Shown here: one piece after another, positions 38,531 to 52,311 of the stretch | Numbering within the stretch: the stretch's first letter is position 1 | Layout of the letters: each line of letters opens with the position of its first letter | Source: Lama guanicoe | Lineage: Eukaryota | Length of the DNA stretch: 64,000 nucleotides | Assembly (NCBI GenBank): GCA_013239625.1 | Contig: MU053216.1 | Coordinates: 1,826,943 to 1,890,942, forward strand | Direction: 5' to 3' | Made by a program: the position numbers and the translations under genes | Notes under the pieces: model-generated | Seen by the model: the letters and a program-made list of their open reading frames with translations, nothing else | The model's database searches: none | Told to the model about the DNA's origin: nothing

Positions 38531-41516
38531 AAAGGCTAACCTTGTGGCTGTCACGGCTACCTGACTAGCCAGGGTCAGGCTCTCCCGCCCTGAGGTCACG
38601 GCCTCGTGGGGCAAACCGTTTGGAACATCAAACCTGATGCGGTGCCCACAGCTGTGACGCTTCACTTTGTCGTCAGAATGTCAGAGGGAAACTAAAATTC
38701 TCACACAATCTCTGGTAGCATATAAACAAGGGAGGGAGAAACAAAATCCCAGAAGGTGGGGAAAATAGGAAAGAAAATGGAACATTTGAGAAGTCCATCA
38801 TTGAACCTTTCCTCCCTCCCTCCCCACCCCCCCAACAACCCAAAGAGGTCAACCCTCTAACTCAGACGCGTCCGCAGCCTCAAGTGCCGGTCTGGGGAGG
38901 CTGCTGTCCTGCCCCAGGTTTCCACCGGCTTGTTGCTTCTCTAACGTCGAGTGGCGTTTCCAAAAACTGTTTGTTGTTCTGCAAGGCTCTCACACAGACG
39001 CAGAAATCATCCAGGCACAAGTTCCTGCCTTCTTGATAAACACGTTACGTCTAAAGATCATTTTTCTGACCAGGGCTGGAGCTGGAGCATGGAGTGGAAA
39101 ATGAGCTCATGGCCATCAGACAGTGAGGGGTGTCTGTCTGTGTGCATTTCACTGTTCGTGCATTTTGAGGTTGGAAATCCAGTAGGACTTGACTCCACGC
39201 GGTTCAGAACCGGACTTGGGAGGATCTGCTTTGGAAACCTCCTCTTTACGTTGTTCAAGGTGATGCTGAAATGCTGGAGGGGTTCTGAGGTCTTCCCGTC
39301 CCCCAGACGGGCAGTTCCCATGTTTTGTTCTGGATTTACAGGCACAGAATAGAAGCAAATAAGGGTACTTGTTGCTTTAAAATCCCAAGTCTTTATTTTT
39401 TTCCAACCTGTGCTCTCGAAGAGAAACTCAGCTTCGTCCACCGCCTGTCTGGGCTTCCTGCTGCAGCTGGTGACGGCTCCGACGATACCGCTTTACACGG
39501 CCCCGGTCTGCAGGGTCCTCACTGTGGGGCCGGGCCGGCCCGTGGCTACGGCAGCTTTCAGCCCGGCAGTGGTCACTTCCTGCTGAGGGGCTGGTCGGGG
39601 AGGAGTAGCCTGGAGAGCCTCCTGTGGTCCAGAGGACCAAAGGAGACAGTTGCGAAACAACACACGTGGGGTGTGCGTCTTCTTGCCCAGATGCTCGCCT
39701 GTCTGGGCAAGGCTGCTTTTCTGGAAGGTGATCACATTCTCTGTGCCTTTTGAGTGCCCTTCCCGGGCTCTCAGTTCTTCTGTTTCAAATACAGCAGGAC
39801 TTCTAAAACTCCCTCTAGCTGATGTGCCGAATCCACCGTCTTCCGTTCAGTCTGGCGGCAACCGACCACGCGGGCGCAGCTCCCGTCGAGGGGGCAGGGT
39901 CTGCCCAGGTGCGCTGCCGCTGCGCCCGGCTCCTGACTTGATGTACACGGTGTTGAAAGCTCCCTATTGATTTTTCTGCAGCTGCTTGTAACTATTATAG
40001 TTGATACATCAATAGAAAAGGAAAGCACAATGTTTCACGGGAGGCAGAAAATCAGAGACCGCGTGATGCTCTGACAGTAAATCATGGCACAATCTTAGGA
40101 ACTGATGGATGGTTCCTGCTAACTTGGAACCCAAGGCCTTCCTTAAAAAGACCCTCCTGTCATTGCCCGATACGTCCTAACAGACCGGCTGCCTGGGAAG
40201 GCGCTAGGGGACACCAGACGATGTTTCACCTTCTCAAGAGGCCCCCCTTCCTGCAGAGCGGGGTCACTTCAGCTGGGTGGTGCGCAGCCAGAAGGACCTC
40301 CTTCCTTTCTCCCCTCCTCTCTCTGGAGCCGAAACACCAGAGACTCTAAGAAAGCTCAGAGCGTAGATCACTTCTGAGGACAGCAAACAATAGAGGGAAA
40401 ATCACGAGGTACCATTAATTCCTAACTCCAAAAGGCATGGGACTTGGGACACTGGTAGCAAAGAGCATTTTTGTTCCCGGGTCAGAAAAGGTAGCTAGGC
40501 TGGAAGGACGTGCACCAGCGGTTCCTGCCGTCTAAGGAGGCACATGGAGCCCTGAGACTCGTGGATAATGCTCTTACAGCATTCGAGTCATGCTTGAAAA
40601 ACGGGGCCCCCATGATGCCTGCTTCTGCCTCCATAGAGCCTTAAAAAAGCTCACATCAATAGCCACGTCCTCTAAGTTACTGTGCCACCTTGTGACCTCT
40701 TTTCCTTTCTTTCTTCTCCTTTCTCTCTCTCCCAACCTCCACCATTTTTGTTGACCACTTTCCCACATTTATATACACAGAATCACCTCTAAAACAATTA
40801 CATCTCTGCTGTCCTCTTAACGTTTAAGCCATTTTACAAGCATCTTGTAATCAGTCCATTAATTACTGGAGCTCTGAGTATTGTTTGAAGCTCTCCTCCA
40901 TCCAACGTATTAATTATTTAGCAAGAAGCCATATTTGTAAGTGGTGCTGATAATCATGCAGGGTCTCACTGCTATAAACACAGAGGCATTAAATATAAAT
41001 GATCCTCACTGTGTCCAGGGCTGTTTTTGCCTTTACACCAGATGGACGCCGTAAAAGCAGCCCAGCAATGGGTCAACTGGTTCATCTATTAACTCTTTGT
41101 ATGAATAGCACAATTTCCTGTTGCCTCCACTAAGTGCCTACCGAGGATGACGAAACAGAGGTTAAGTTCTTAGGTTTTCATTTGATTTTGGTTCCCTTCT
41201 GTGTGTCATTCTGAGGATAGAATGAATTGGGGTAGAAAAAGAAAGCGTGTGAAAGAGTTCTTCAGATTGCTCGACACGGCGTTGAATCACTGAATGTTTT
41301 GTCCATCCATCCATCGCCATTCCAGGCTCCCTCGACACCTGCTCACTGCCAAGACTGGGGTTGTGGGCTTCAGACCAGTGGGACAGACCCCGGTATGAAC
41401 AGATGACTGCAGGGGTCCTGGCAGAAGCAACATTCACATGGCGAGTCCCGCAGCTGGAAAGAGAAGCTAAGTCCCGCAGGTGGCCTTGCGCTGCACACGG
41501 TCGGGGTGCACAGCGA

Positions 41517-41554
41517 CGCGGGACGGGCTCCCAACCGCGGGACGGGCTCCCAAC
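41517..41554. repeat. Perfect 19-bp tandem duplication
   Basis: cgcgggacgggctcccaac twice. Confidence 0.95.
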
Positions 41555-43869
41555 CGAGGGGCGCTCGTGACTGCGTGTGCTCCCTGCACTGTGATGCACA
41601 CACACGGGGCTTTCTCAGCTCCTTCCACATCCTTGTGACAAACGGCCCCAGGGGCTACTCCCACAGGTGCCAGAATCCCCGCCCGTGAGAAGGGTCCCTC
41701 CTCCCTAATCTTATCCCCCTACTGCACCTGCGGTGTGTCGGGGGGATGAGTGGGTGCGGGTCACAGCTGTGGGTCGCCGACAGGCACTAGGGACTCGGTG
41801 GCTGACAGACTGACCCGGTGGGTCATGGTCAGAATCAAGGAGGCTCTGACCTCAGAGCCAGGAAAGGAGTGCCCAGCCCCACTGTGGCGGTGAGACAGGG
41901 TCCTCGGGGCCACGCAGGGCGGGAAGCAGCCCTGGCCACACACCAGTTGCCGCCACCCAGTCTCACGGCCACGGTCACTCTCCTGAATGAACGTGGGGTG
42001 TGGATTTCCAGCACTAAGACGTGCAAACATGTGTCGATTCTGTCTACAGGCGCCCCGGGTCCCAGGTTTGACCAACAGCAGGACACAGAGATGAAGAGGA
42101 CAGAGAACAGCCACAGGGCCCCCTTCACTTGTCCTTGTGCCTGGAGATCAGGTTTTATTCCACTTTTATGGACTATTTATTGGCAAATGAAATGTGTTAA
42201 AGAGAAAACTGCTGATACAGAAGTGGCAATTTTAATACATTTTAAGTTTATGAAGAAGGTTGTTTTAAAAATTATTTTTCACTCCAACTGTGCACAGTCC
42301 GTGAATCTCATTTTTGATTCCAATCTTTTCCCCTTCTGTCTCAGTCCCTACTTTCCCCCACTCTACTGTACTGTTCTATCTCCCTATTTTTGAAAGTTTT
42401 TTTTAACTAACATGATTATTAGCTAATAATTAAGCAAACTCCTATTTTGTACAACTAGTGAAAAACTTATGAAACCACCAGCTGGACCCCCGCTCAGCGG
42501 GAGGTGATCAGTGGTACCCTGACTTCTACAGGTAAGTAAAAATGAGGGACTTCGTGTCATTCAGCCTCTGCAGTCTTACTGCAGGTAGATACACAGCTCC
42601 TGCGTGGAGCTTTGGAGGCACTGAGGAGGTCTGGGGCCGTCCGGGTGGTCTGGGAGCCGTGATTCTCAGAGATGGACGGGCCGGGCATGGCCGTGCGCTG
42701 CCCCAGCAGTCTGCACGCGATGGGTATTTAATCAATAGTTAAGATTTGATTTTATTTAACATTTAAAAGCCATGAAGATCTTCTTATCAGTAGAAAATCA
42801 GATCTTAAATATATCCTAAGGTGCCTTCAGCAAGCCCCCATACCCACAATACCAACATCTCTGTCAGAAACAGGGCAGATCTGCAGAGCAGTGGCCGGGG
42901 CCGAAACGGTCACAGCAGCCGGAGCCCAGCAGCTGGAGGGTGACGGGCTGATGAGTCAGGAGCCAGAGTCAGGCCTTGCCTGAGGTCGGGACGTGGAGCA
43001 GGCGCAGGGCCAGGGCGGGGTGCCACCGCACTGCCGCCCCTTCTGTAAAAGGAGGCCGGAGAGAGAGACCAAGAAGAGAAACTCCCTCTACGCCCGCGCG
43101 GCAGGGAAGCGTGTGCCTGGACTGGGGCAGGCAGGGCGCCTGCTGCCTCCATGCCCGGACTTGAGCTTCCGCTGATGTCACCACAGCAGAGGCCTGAGCG
43201 CAGCGTAGGACCTGCCTCCGAAGCCGGGCTCCTGCGGCTCCAGACGGAAGCAAACCCAGGGATGCTGAGTAAAGATCAGTGAGCACAGAGCGGGCAAGAG
43301 CAACAGCAAGAGAGAGAGAGAGAGGCAGGTGCAGCCGCTACCAGAGATCCCGTTCGACCCCAGTCCACAAAGCACAGTGTGGAAAACCACAGAGACCCAC
43401 ATCGCCCAGGACACCGACACTCACAATCAAGACGCCAGCTCGCTCCAGAAGAGACAGTTTCTGGGGACGATGAGCATTTTAAAATTAGTTTACAAAGAGT
43501 GTTCAAGAGAGAAAGGGGTACTTTTTGGTAAAAAAAATACAAAATTGGCAAAAATTAAACCTTACTAGAGATATATAGAAAATAACCTTTTAGAAATCTT
43601 CAAAACAAAAATGTAATGACTCAGAAGGTTTAACTGACGGGATGCATGCTAGACTAGATGTGGCTGGAGAGAGAATTAGAAAGTGCGATTAACACAAAAG
43701 GCAGCCCACTGAGGTGAGGAGGGGAAAAGGCATGAGAAAGAAGAGAAAAGACGGACTGCGAAACTCCAAAACGTCTAATAGGAGTTAACAGGGATTTACA
43801 GAGAGTGACATAGGAAAGAGTAATTTCCTTCCATTCCAGTGTCCTCTAACTGGATGTGCACTTCTGGTA

Positions 43870-44094
43870 CAAGTTGCCCCTTAGTGTCCGAAGGGGATGG
43901 GTTCCATGACCTGCCATGGATACTAAAATCCACAGATGCTCAAGCCCCATCATCAGCCTTCCGCATCCATGTTTTTTCCACAACCACAGGGTCAACCAAC
44001 CGTGTGTTGTGTAGTACTGTATGTGTTTATTGAAAAAAATCCACATGTATGTGGACCCGTGCAGTTCAGACCTGTGTTGCTCAAGGGCCAACTG
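43870..44094 (+). mobile_element. Tigger-derived MITE (MER8-like)
   Basis: TA at 43868-43869 and 44095-44096; ends caagttgcccctt... / ...aagggccaactg; internal gttccatgacctgccatggatactaaaatcc and gtggacccgtgcagttcagacctgtgttgctcaaggg match recalled MER8. Confidence 0.8.
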
Positions 44095-44344
44095 TACTTA
44101 GACACCCTGTGGTCAAAGTGTAAGATACTGATTGGCAATAAGGAGAAAACCACGAAAGTTACCAGTGAGAAAAGGCAGGAGACCCTGATCGACTCCTCCA
44201 GTGTTACAGGATCTCGCCAACCTACTGTTTTATATCCAGCTAAGCTACTCTTCAAGGTCAGGCACAACTGGAAACGTTTTCATGCATACAAAGACTAGGA
44301 TGGTTTACCAGTAAACAGATTGAACCCACTTTTTAAAATACAGA

Positions 44345-45062
44345 TTATAAACATGCACTTGCCCTATGCCTGCAAAAGCACCCTTGGGCATTTATTCCAG
44401 AGAAAAGAAAACCTATGTCCACACAAGAACCTGTGCAGGATGCTGATAGCAGCTTTGTTTGTTTACAGCCTTAAACTGGGAACAACCCAAATGTCCTTCA
44501 ACAGATGAACAGTGAAAAGAACTGTGGCACATCTATGCCAAGGGCTACCACGCGGCCACAAAATGCAGCAACATGAATGAATGTCAAGGGAATATTACTG
44601 GGTGAAAAAGGGCCAGTCCCAAATGGCTACAAACTGCATAATGATACTTATGTAACAGTCCTGAAACATCAAAATTACGGAGAACAGATGAGCGATGGCC
44701 AGGCATTAAGAAGGAGGGAAAGGGGAGGCATGGGTGTCAAAGGCAGCACCAAAAAGCCGTGACAGGAAGGTTCTGTATCATGACTGTGTTGGTGGGTATA
44801 CCGGTCCACACACATGACAAAATTACAGGAACCACACACAAGTGCAAACACACAGACGAGTGCTGAACTGGTGAAATAAGCAAGCTGAATAACTGAATAA
44901 GCTCCGTGTGGTCTGTACCAATGTCACGTCCTCGTTTTTACAGTGACTGTAGTTCTGCAAGATGCTGGCATTGGCGAAAGTGTGTCTAGGGTACGTGGGA
45001 CCTCCCTGGATGATTTTTTTGCAACTTCCTGTAAATCTAAAGACTCTCAACATTAAAAGTTA
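44345..45062 (+). mobile_element. L1MC-like 3' segment nested in the older L1
   Basis: cttgggcatttattccagagaaa..aaaacctatgtccacacaa, aacaacccaaatgtccttcaaca, ending gcaacttcctgtaaatctaaa...ttaaaagt. Confidence 0.75.
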
Positions 45063-48000
45063 CAAAGAGATTACAGACTGGATAAAAACTTAACAAAGTC
45101 TAGCCACACGCTGCTTACAAGGCATGCCTGCAAACACAGAAACGCCACTGAATCAACTGAGCAATTGACAACAGAGAGATGGGGGAGAGATTTCAACAGT
45201 AATTTTTAAAAGCTAATGAAAGACTCTCAATATCAGACAAAGCTGGTTTTAAGATAAAAGCATTAAAAAGAAAAAAAGAGGAACACTAGAGTAACACAAG
45301 AAATAATTCATCAAGAAGATACAAAAAATTACCAAGAATAATGTAAACAAATAAAGCTTAGCACCTAACAGAGTGAGACTGTATTTTCAGTACACATGCT
45401 ACACTCACAAAAACTAACTAAATAGCACATCACAAAGGAGGCCCTAGTATATTTAAAAGACTCAGTAATATGCATAACCTTGTAATGACAAGGCATTGTT
45501 GAGGGCACCAAGGGACACCTTAGTAAGGGAAAGGTAAACTATGTGCGTGGATGGGAAGGGCTCAGTTCTGTAAAGAAAGTAATTCTCCCCAAATTAGTCT
45601 CTAAATACAAGGCAATTCTACTCAAAATCCCAGCCAGACTATTTGTAGAATTACAGCAAGCCAATCCTAACGTTTATACGGAAAAGCAAAAGGGTAAGGA
45701 CAATTAACACTATTTTGAAATAAAGGTAGAGGGACTACTTAACCATAAATCAAAGATTTATTATAATACTTAAAATGTGTGAAATTAGCACGTGATAATC
45801 AAACAAACCATCAGAACAAAGTAGAAAGTCCAGAAAGGGCTCCACACACATGCAGATCTTGAGTACACAAGAAAAGTGGCGTTAAAAAAAGTGGGAGAGA
45901 CAAGCCATTCAGTAATTAGTGTTTGGACAAGAGGCTACCTGTAAAGAAAAGAAAAGAAGACAAAACAAAATAAAAACTAGATCCCTACCCTATAGTATAA
46001 ACAAAAATAAATTCTGGGCATATTGAAGATCTAAGTATGGAAATTAAGGTCTTAATATATTTGGAAAAAAGCTAAAGGTAAATTAACTTTATTACCTCAA
46101 AGGCAGGGAAGGGAAAAGCAAAATCCACATAGGAAAGTACTAATAAATATGGCTACTTCTGAGAAAGAACATATACATTAAATAAAGGAAAAGGAAAAGG
46201 CAAACTTCTATCTTAGATTATCTATCCATCCATCCATCTATCTTTCTATCTAAAGAGAACCCTTCAAATCAGTGCAGAAAGGCATACATCCCAATGGGCA
46301 AAGTCATGAACAGGTACTTCAGGAAAGATTCCTAACCTCACATGCAGTCAGGATGTAAATTAAAGCAGGAGGATAGAAATTCAGTAAGCGGGTGGACGAC
46401 GTGGAGATACAGGAGCTCTGTCACCATGGCTAGGGACCCATGTGGCACGGTCACTCTGAAGAACAATCTGGTGGTTTCCAGACTGAAAAGGATTCCCAGC
46501 GACGTACGTACAGGGAGATGGGGAGAAAAATCTTCCCTGTGTTGTTTGTAGTAAACGCCCACCACCCGGAGAATGAATCAGTAAGCTGTGGTGTGCACTG
46601 AATGATGAAATTCTCTGGATCTGGGAAGATGACGATTCAGGCTCTGGATTTACTAAGGATCTCAGAGCTGCAGGAATCAAAATAGGAATCTGGAAAACAA
46701 CATGGAGCAAAAAGGGTGCACTCAGATGTTTTTTAATCCTACAAGCCTCATTCTTTTGTAAGATAAGAATAAGTTTCTGCAGCCCCCTCTTGGAGAGAGG
46801 AAGTTCCCTGAAGTTATAATTAGAAATGATACTGTTACAGTATTCATGAACCTGATCCTTTTTGATGGGAGTTGTTCTGGACGGATGCCAGAACATGTGG
46901 TTATCCAATTTGGCCTATAATTTCTGCGGCAAGCAATCACAATACCTTTTTTTTTTTTTTAAAGAAATAGATAATTACTAAAACTCTATCCTGACTATGA
47001 GTATCAGGAACATACTAAAGATTTCTATGATAAAAACTTTAATTTTGGTTAAAACAGGCACACATTCATTTTCCATCTCTGTCTCCTATTCTCCCCCTCT
47101 GTGAAGCCCGGTCTTCTGAGTCTGAAGCCAGTAAGAGGAGGGAAGGAGGAATCTGATAATAACCCAGGCTAAGAATGTCTGATGCAGTCTAAGATTTTGT
47201 TCACAGTGAAGATTTGGGAGATAGGAATTTGGACACCAGATGCTTCTTCACGTTGGAAAGAAAATCTGCATAGAGTCAACAAGGCAGCGTGAATGCCAAG
47301 GGTCCTGCAATTTCGGCAGGGCTTCTGACTTTGCCTTGGGAAAACTGGCCGTCTCCTTCCTAAACACAGCTGGGAACTGGCAGCCCTGGGGAACCACGCC
47401 GAGCGGAGGGGGAGGGCTGGCGAGGGCCTGCTGGCCACGGAGAGCGTGGGGTGGGTACTCAGCGCCTGTTGCTCCAGATAAGACGCAGAAAGATCAGATA
47501 CCCTCTGGATTCCCGCGGGCCCACTTGGAACGGGCCGTCACCATCGTCGTAAGTGACAGGCAGCGTCTAGTGCTTTGCAGTTTACACGTTTCATCCCTTC
47601 ATCAAGAAAGCAGCAGTGGGTCACGGAGAAAATCTGGACTTTGGAGGCTGACGTGTGCACATCTCTGTTCTCCTTTCCAGCTGGGTCATCTCCGGTGGTG
47701 CTTTGACATCTCTGATCTCAGGGAACCGTACTGAAACAGGAACGGCTAGTTTGTCCTCCAAGGCTTGCTGAGCGGATCAGAACGGCGCACAGGGCGCGCC
47801 CCCCGCCCCCGGAAGCCGCACACCGGGCGGCCGCTGTTGTAACTGAGCGCGCTCACTGCTTCCAGCGGGAACTGCGTTCCAGGCATGGCGGAGGTGCTTG
47901 GACGGCGGAATGGAAGCAGGGCTGGCAAAAACAATACGGTAAGTGGAGGTTTTGTGAAAGAAGCAACAGGAAGAAGTGTGAGTCTGTCTGTGAAGCTACA

Positions 48001-49084
48001 GAAAGAAGACGCCTCGGAGAAGGTGACCTTGAACCGAGACCTGAGGGTGCACCTCGCCCAGACACCCTGCGGGGCGGACGCGGTGTCTGCGTTTTACAGC
48101 CAGGGAGCGGAAGCTCACGGGAGGCTCGCACGTCGTTACGAAGCGGGGGTGCTGCCAGCATCAGTCAGCGCGTCCTCAAGCCCCTCGCGTCCTGCTTACG
48201 GCGGGAGGGCCGACACTCGGGGCCCCAGATATTTTAAAACATGCACAGATTCACTTTCCACTCTATCTTCCCACCCTACTGAGTCCCTGGAGTTTGAAGC
48301 CACAAATATGACGGTGGTGCTCGGGGGAGTCTGCTTATATTATTATCTAATCACTATCAACAATTATTATCAATAAAGCATCCTATTATTTTATTTAAAC
48401 TTTGTTAAATAAAGAACAAAGTTGATCTCTCTAAAAGGTTTTAGTTCTCAAATTCCAAAGATGGTCCCTTGGAAGGAATTCATTACCCAGAATTTTTGTT
48501 CCCCCCAAAACAGCTGCCTTTCTCTAAGCGAAAGCTGTCATTCTATTTGATGTCATAATTTCTAATTAGTCATGAGAGTTAGCGAATAAGTATTAACAAG
48601 TCTGAAAGAATTTACAGTCTTTTTAGGTAAAGTTAACTACAGAGCTTTTTATAATTCTAGAACATTTGGGCTGAAAGTTGAAGAGCTCCTGGGAGTGAAC
48701 GTTCTCCAGGGAGCCGGTGTCTCCCTGGCCACCCCGGCTCTGTCAGAACGTCACTACCTGCCTCGGAAGAAGACTGACTGTTTATTGTTTGATTTTGGCT
48801 TGATTTGGGGATTGAAGAGGTGGCCGATGAAGTAAAGGGCCTTGGCTTGACTTCACTGCCTCTGACATATTTCAAAATATCACAGGTAGTAATGGCGCCT
48901 TCGGTCAGTAGATCGAAGATTTCAAACCATGTCCCGGCACTGAATTAAGAGTAGTTATTGCTGCCACAAGGAAGAGCTTTCTCATACAATCTGCACACCA
49001 GGGATAGTATTCAGGAAGAGGCGTTTTCCAGTAAGGGGCCGTCATTATACGACTTTTGCCGATGTCAATAGAGACGTTTTGAAC

Positions 49085-49260
49085 AATAATTATTGGTACC
49101 GTGTGCCAGACCTTGGGCCACGTTCTTCATAATAATGATTGCATTCAACCCCCACAACAGCACTCAGGTAGACCATTATTATTTCGGTTTTACTGATGGG
49201 GAAACTGAGAGGATCTATGCTGCCTGAGAATCTGGACTTCAGCCTGCGTCTCTCCCACGT
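49085..49260 (-). mobile_element. MIR SINE
   Basis: gtgtgccagac...cccacaacagc...attatttcggttttactgatggggaaactgaga. Confidence 0.75.
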
Positions 49261-49534
49261 CCGCAGTAGGAAGCTAGTTACAAATGCCTCCCCTTTCCTG
49301 CCTTCCTACATCAGACCCAAATCGCAAGACTTCCTTCCCTGCGAGGGCAGATGGATGACCACAGGCTGCGACTGGGAGACCTGCGTGGGTCATAGGCTCA
49401 GACTGAGCTGTGTGGCCTTGGGACCCTCAGCCGGAGTCTCTGAATCTACTCTCGTTCCATAAAATGACTAACTTATCACTTTACGTTATACATAAGAGTA
49501 CTTTCTAAATAAAAAAGTTCTATGTGGTGGCGTT

Positions 49535-49725
49535 AGGGGAACGGGGAGTTATTGTTAATAAGTATAGAGTTCCAATTCTGGGGGATGAAAGGCATTCCAG
49601 AGACGGACGGGGGTGACGGCTGCAAAACGATGCGAATGTACTTAACGCCACCCAACCTGTCACTTCAGAATCGGCACAGTGGTAAATGTCGTGTTATGTA
49701 TATTTCACCATGATTTTAAAAAATG
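49535..49725 (+). mobile_element. L1MB-like 3' end
   Basis: ggggagttattgttaataagtatagagttcc...gaatgtacttaacgcca...gttatgtatatttcaccatgattttaaaaaa. Confidence 0.8.
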
Positions 49726-52179
49726 AGAAAAAAACCGTACCTTAAAAAAAGATCCACCATAGACGACAGTAATACTAATATAATAATCATTTTCTCTTTG
49801 AACAGTACAAGCCTGGAAAAGCATCTCCCTAAACAGCGGCAGTTAGCAGAACGACAATATCAGTATTAACAATGGAAAAAGGATAAATATTTTTAGGCAC
49901 AAGCTGTTCAGAACTACGCCTAAGTAAATGCTGTTCAGGCAATTATATTCTCGTGCCGGCAGATAACGAACGATGATCACTTCTTCCACGGCTGTAAAGA
50001 CGTATTGATTCGTTTCAAACTTAGAACTCCAAAATGAATTATATCTGGGCCTTGCTAAACCGCTCTGCTTACTGAAAGGAAAAAAAATTCCACACAACAC
50101 CTATTATACTGCATTTAATTAAGACAAGCATCAACTTTATGTGCCGTTGTTTGCTTCTGCCAAATCTCTATGGTGTAAATATTGAACAGCGGCATCTCTT
50201 GAATGCTAATCAATCCTCTCTGAATTTCTAATGATTACATAAATTTTAGGAAATGCTTATTTGCCAGCATCACCCTCCGTGGCATGTGTATCAGCCAGGC
50301 ATTAGCACAAAGATCTGTGTGGTTATTTGACAAGTGTCTAGTGAGCGTTCTTCTAAATTAGAATATCATATATGAAAAGGTAAAGAGCTCCGATTGAATG
50401 CTAATTGTAAGGAGAACCTGGGGGGCCCGGGTTTGCTTATCCGACTTCTCAAGGAACAATTTAACCGATGCTCTCGGGGAAAGATGTGGGGGCGATGCAC
50501 TCATTGCTAGACTTTGCAGGCTAGTCACTGCCAGTGTGCGTGTGTGTGTGTGTGCGCACGCATGCGAACCTGTGAGGGTGTGCACTGGGAAGGATGTTTA
50601 GAGGAAAGCTACAGTAAAGCAAATATTGTGACCACACCAACTGCCACCTCATGGGGAAGACTGGCTGTTGCAAGACCATCTTTCACGCAGATACTTTGCA
50701 TGGAGAATTCTGTGACGTGCAGGTGGCTGTGCTCGGTTCAGAAGTGAATTAATATGCAGATGGACATACATTGTGATGCACAGATACAAATGTTCACTAG
50801 TTTTCCAGCCTTTGGAAGCTTTCACAGCACTTCTGGAGGGAGGCTGGGAGCTAAGGAAAGGGAACAGGACTCCTTGCGAGTTCTAGGTCAGCGTGGATGT
50901 GCTCCACAGAGAAGCCTGTCCTCTGATTTATACAGTGAACAGTCCATATTGCTTTGAGCACTGCAAACAGAGTCTCATCACTGTGATCAGATCTCTCTGT
51001 TGGATTTGGAAACCTCTCTCATTAATTGGACTGAATGCTGCAAAAAAGCGAAAGGGAATTCACGTTTCCTCTTGCGCCACTGCTTTGCCTAGAATTGTGC
51101 TTTCATAGCCCCCCCCCATTCCAAACTCAGTAGGGACACTTAATTTGACGGCAAAAAACCCCCTCAAACCCAACAAGTCTGGAGACGGGTGGGCAAAACA
51201 AGTATCCTTCTGCAACCCCTCGCCTGCCCTTCTCCAAAGGAGTCTGTCCGCTGTTTCTAGTTTACTCCCCAAGTGCTGACAGGAGGGGCACGGGACCCAC
51301 CAACTGTGCTCACACACACCCCACCCAGGGCTGCCTAGTGGGGTGCATGAGTCCTGGGCACAGCCAAGGCCAGAACAACTTTTCTTTCCCAGCCAGACCT
51401 CCTGACACCTCGCCAGTCATCAGGGGGTCCTGCAAAACTGCTTCCTCCCACAGGAGATGGGGACCCAGGCGGCAGTATCGCGCTGACACCTGGACAGGGG
51501 CTGGCAAGTGGAGCTGCAGTCACACCCTCCTCTGAATGATCAGGCTGTCCTTCGCAGGGCCGCAGACACCAAGCAGGTGGGGTCGATGCGGCCGGGGTGC
51601 GCAGTCTTATTACAGGAGAGCCCGAGCCAACCTTGCTGGTGGCTTCCCAGCGGTCTTTTCCATCCAGCATCGAGCCGAGCCCTCCCTTACAGGAGCCTCC
51701 TGTGCACTGCCCTCAATGACAGGGTGTCTCCCATTCCCACACGCCCTGTGGCCCCAGGCTGAGGGAGATGGGGGGGCAACAGTTGCCCTGCAATTCTTTG
51801 CCCATGATGGAGCCTCCGTGTTTCAAATGAAATAAACATATGTACATAAATCATTTGGTCCTGACGGTGATGAGACCGTTCCCTTAGGGGACAGAAGTTC
51901 TAAGCTCTGCACAGAGGCCCCTACCGGACTTGGGTCATATGAAGCCCACTTCCCCACTGAATCTGTGCTTTGCCACCTGCTCTGCGGGGACCTCCGACAA
52001 TGCATCTTGGCCAGGTTCTGATACGGAAAGCTAGGAGGGGAAACGGGGTACACAGCGGAGGGGAGACAAGGACAGATCTTTATTTAAAGGCCCAAGGAGA
52101 AGAATTATTGAACAAAATACAACTAAGAAAAAATACCTTCCCTATCAAAAACTAAGCTATTAGAAAACCAGTGACTGGC

Positions 52180-52311
52180 GGGGAGGGTCTAGCTCAGTGG
52201 TGGAGTGTGTGCTGAGTGCGCACGAGGTCCTGGGTTCAGTCCCCAGCACCTCCGTTAAAAATACATAAATAAGTAACCCTAATTACCCTCCCCCCAAAGA
52301 AAAAAGAAAAA
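52180..52311 (+). mobile_element. Vic-1-like SINE with TSD
   Basis: ggggagggtctagctcagtggtggagtg...gaggtcctgggttcagtccccagcacctcc; TSD agaaaaccagtgac (52162-52175) / agaaaaccaatgac (52312-52325). Confidence 0.9.

Larger units (their letters stand above)
43540..46640 (+). mobile_element. Ancient degraded L1M relic (ORF1- and ORF2-like regions) with nested insertions
   Basis: A-rich plus strand with L1 motifs (caatatcagacaaagctggttttaagataaaa, aattcatcaagaagataca, aattctccccaaattagtctctaaatacaaggcaattc, aaaactagatccctacc). Confidence 0.7.

Noticed and set aside
42529..42537. Perfect CAGGTAAGT donor antisense within the last intron
   Set aside because: No clear partner exon or promoter; a single 9-mer is compatible with chance.
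46381..46908. 175-aa minus-strand ORF in the intron
   Set aside because: TTG start, C-terminal half lies in the antisense of an L1 relic, no family recognised; a tBLASTn search would settle it.
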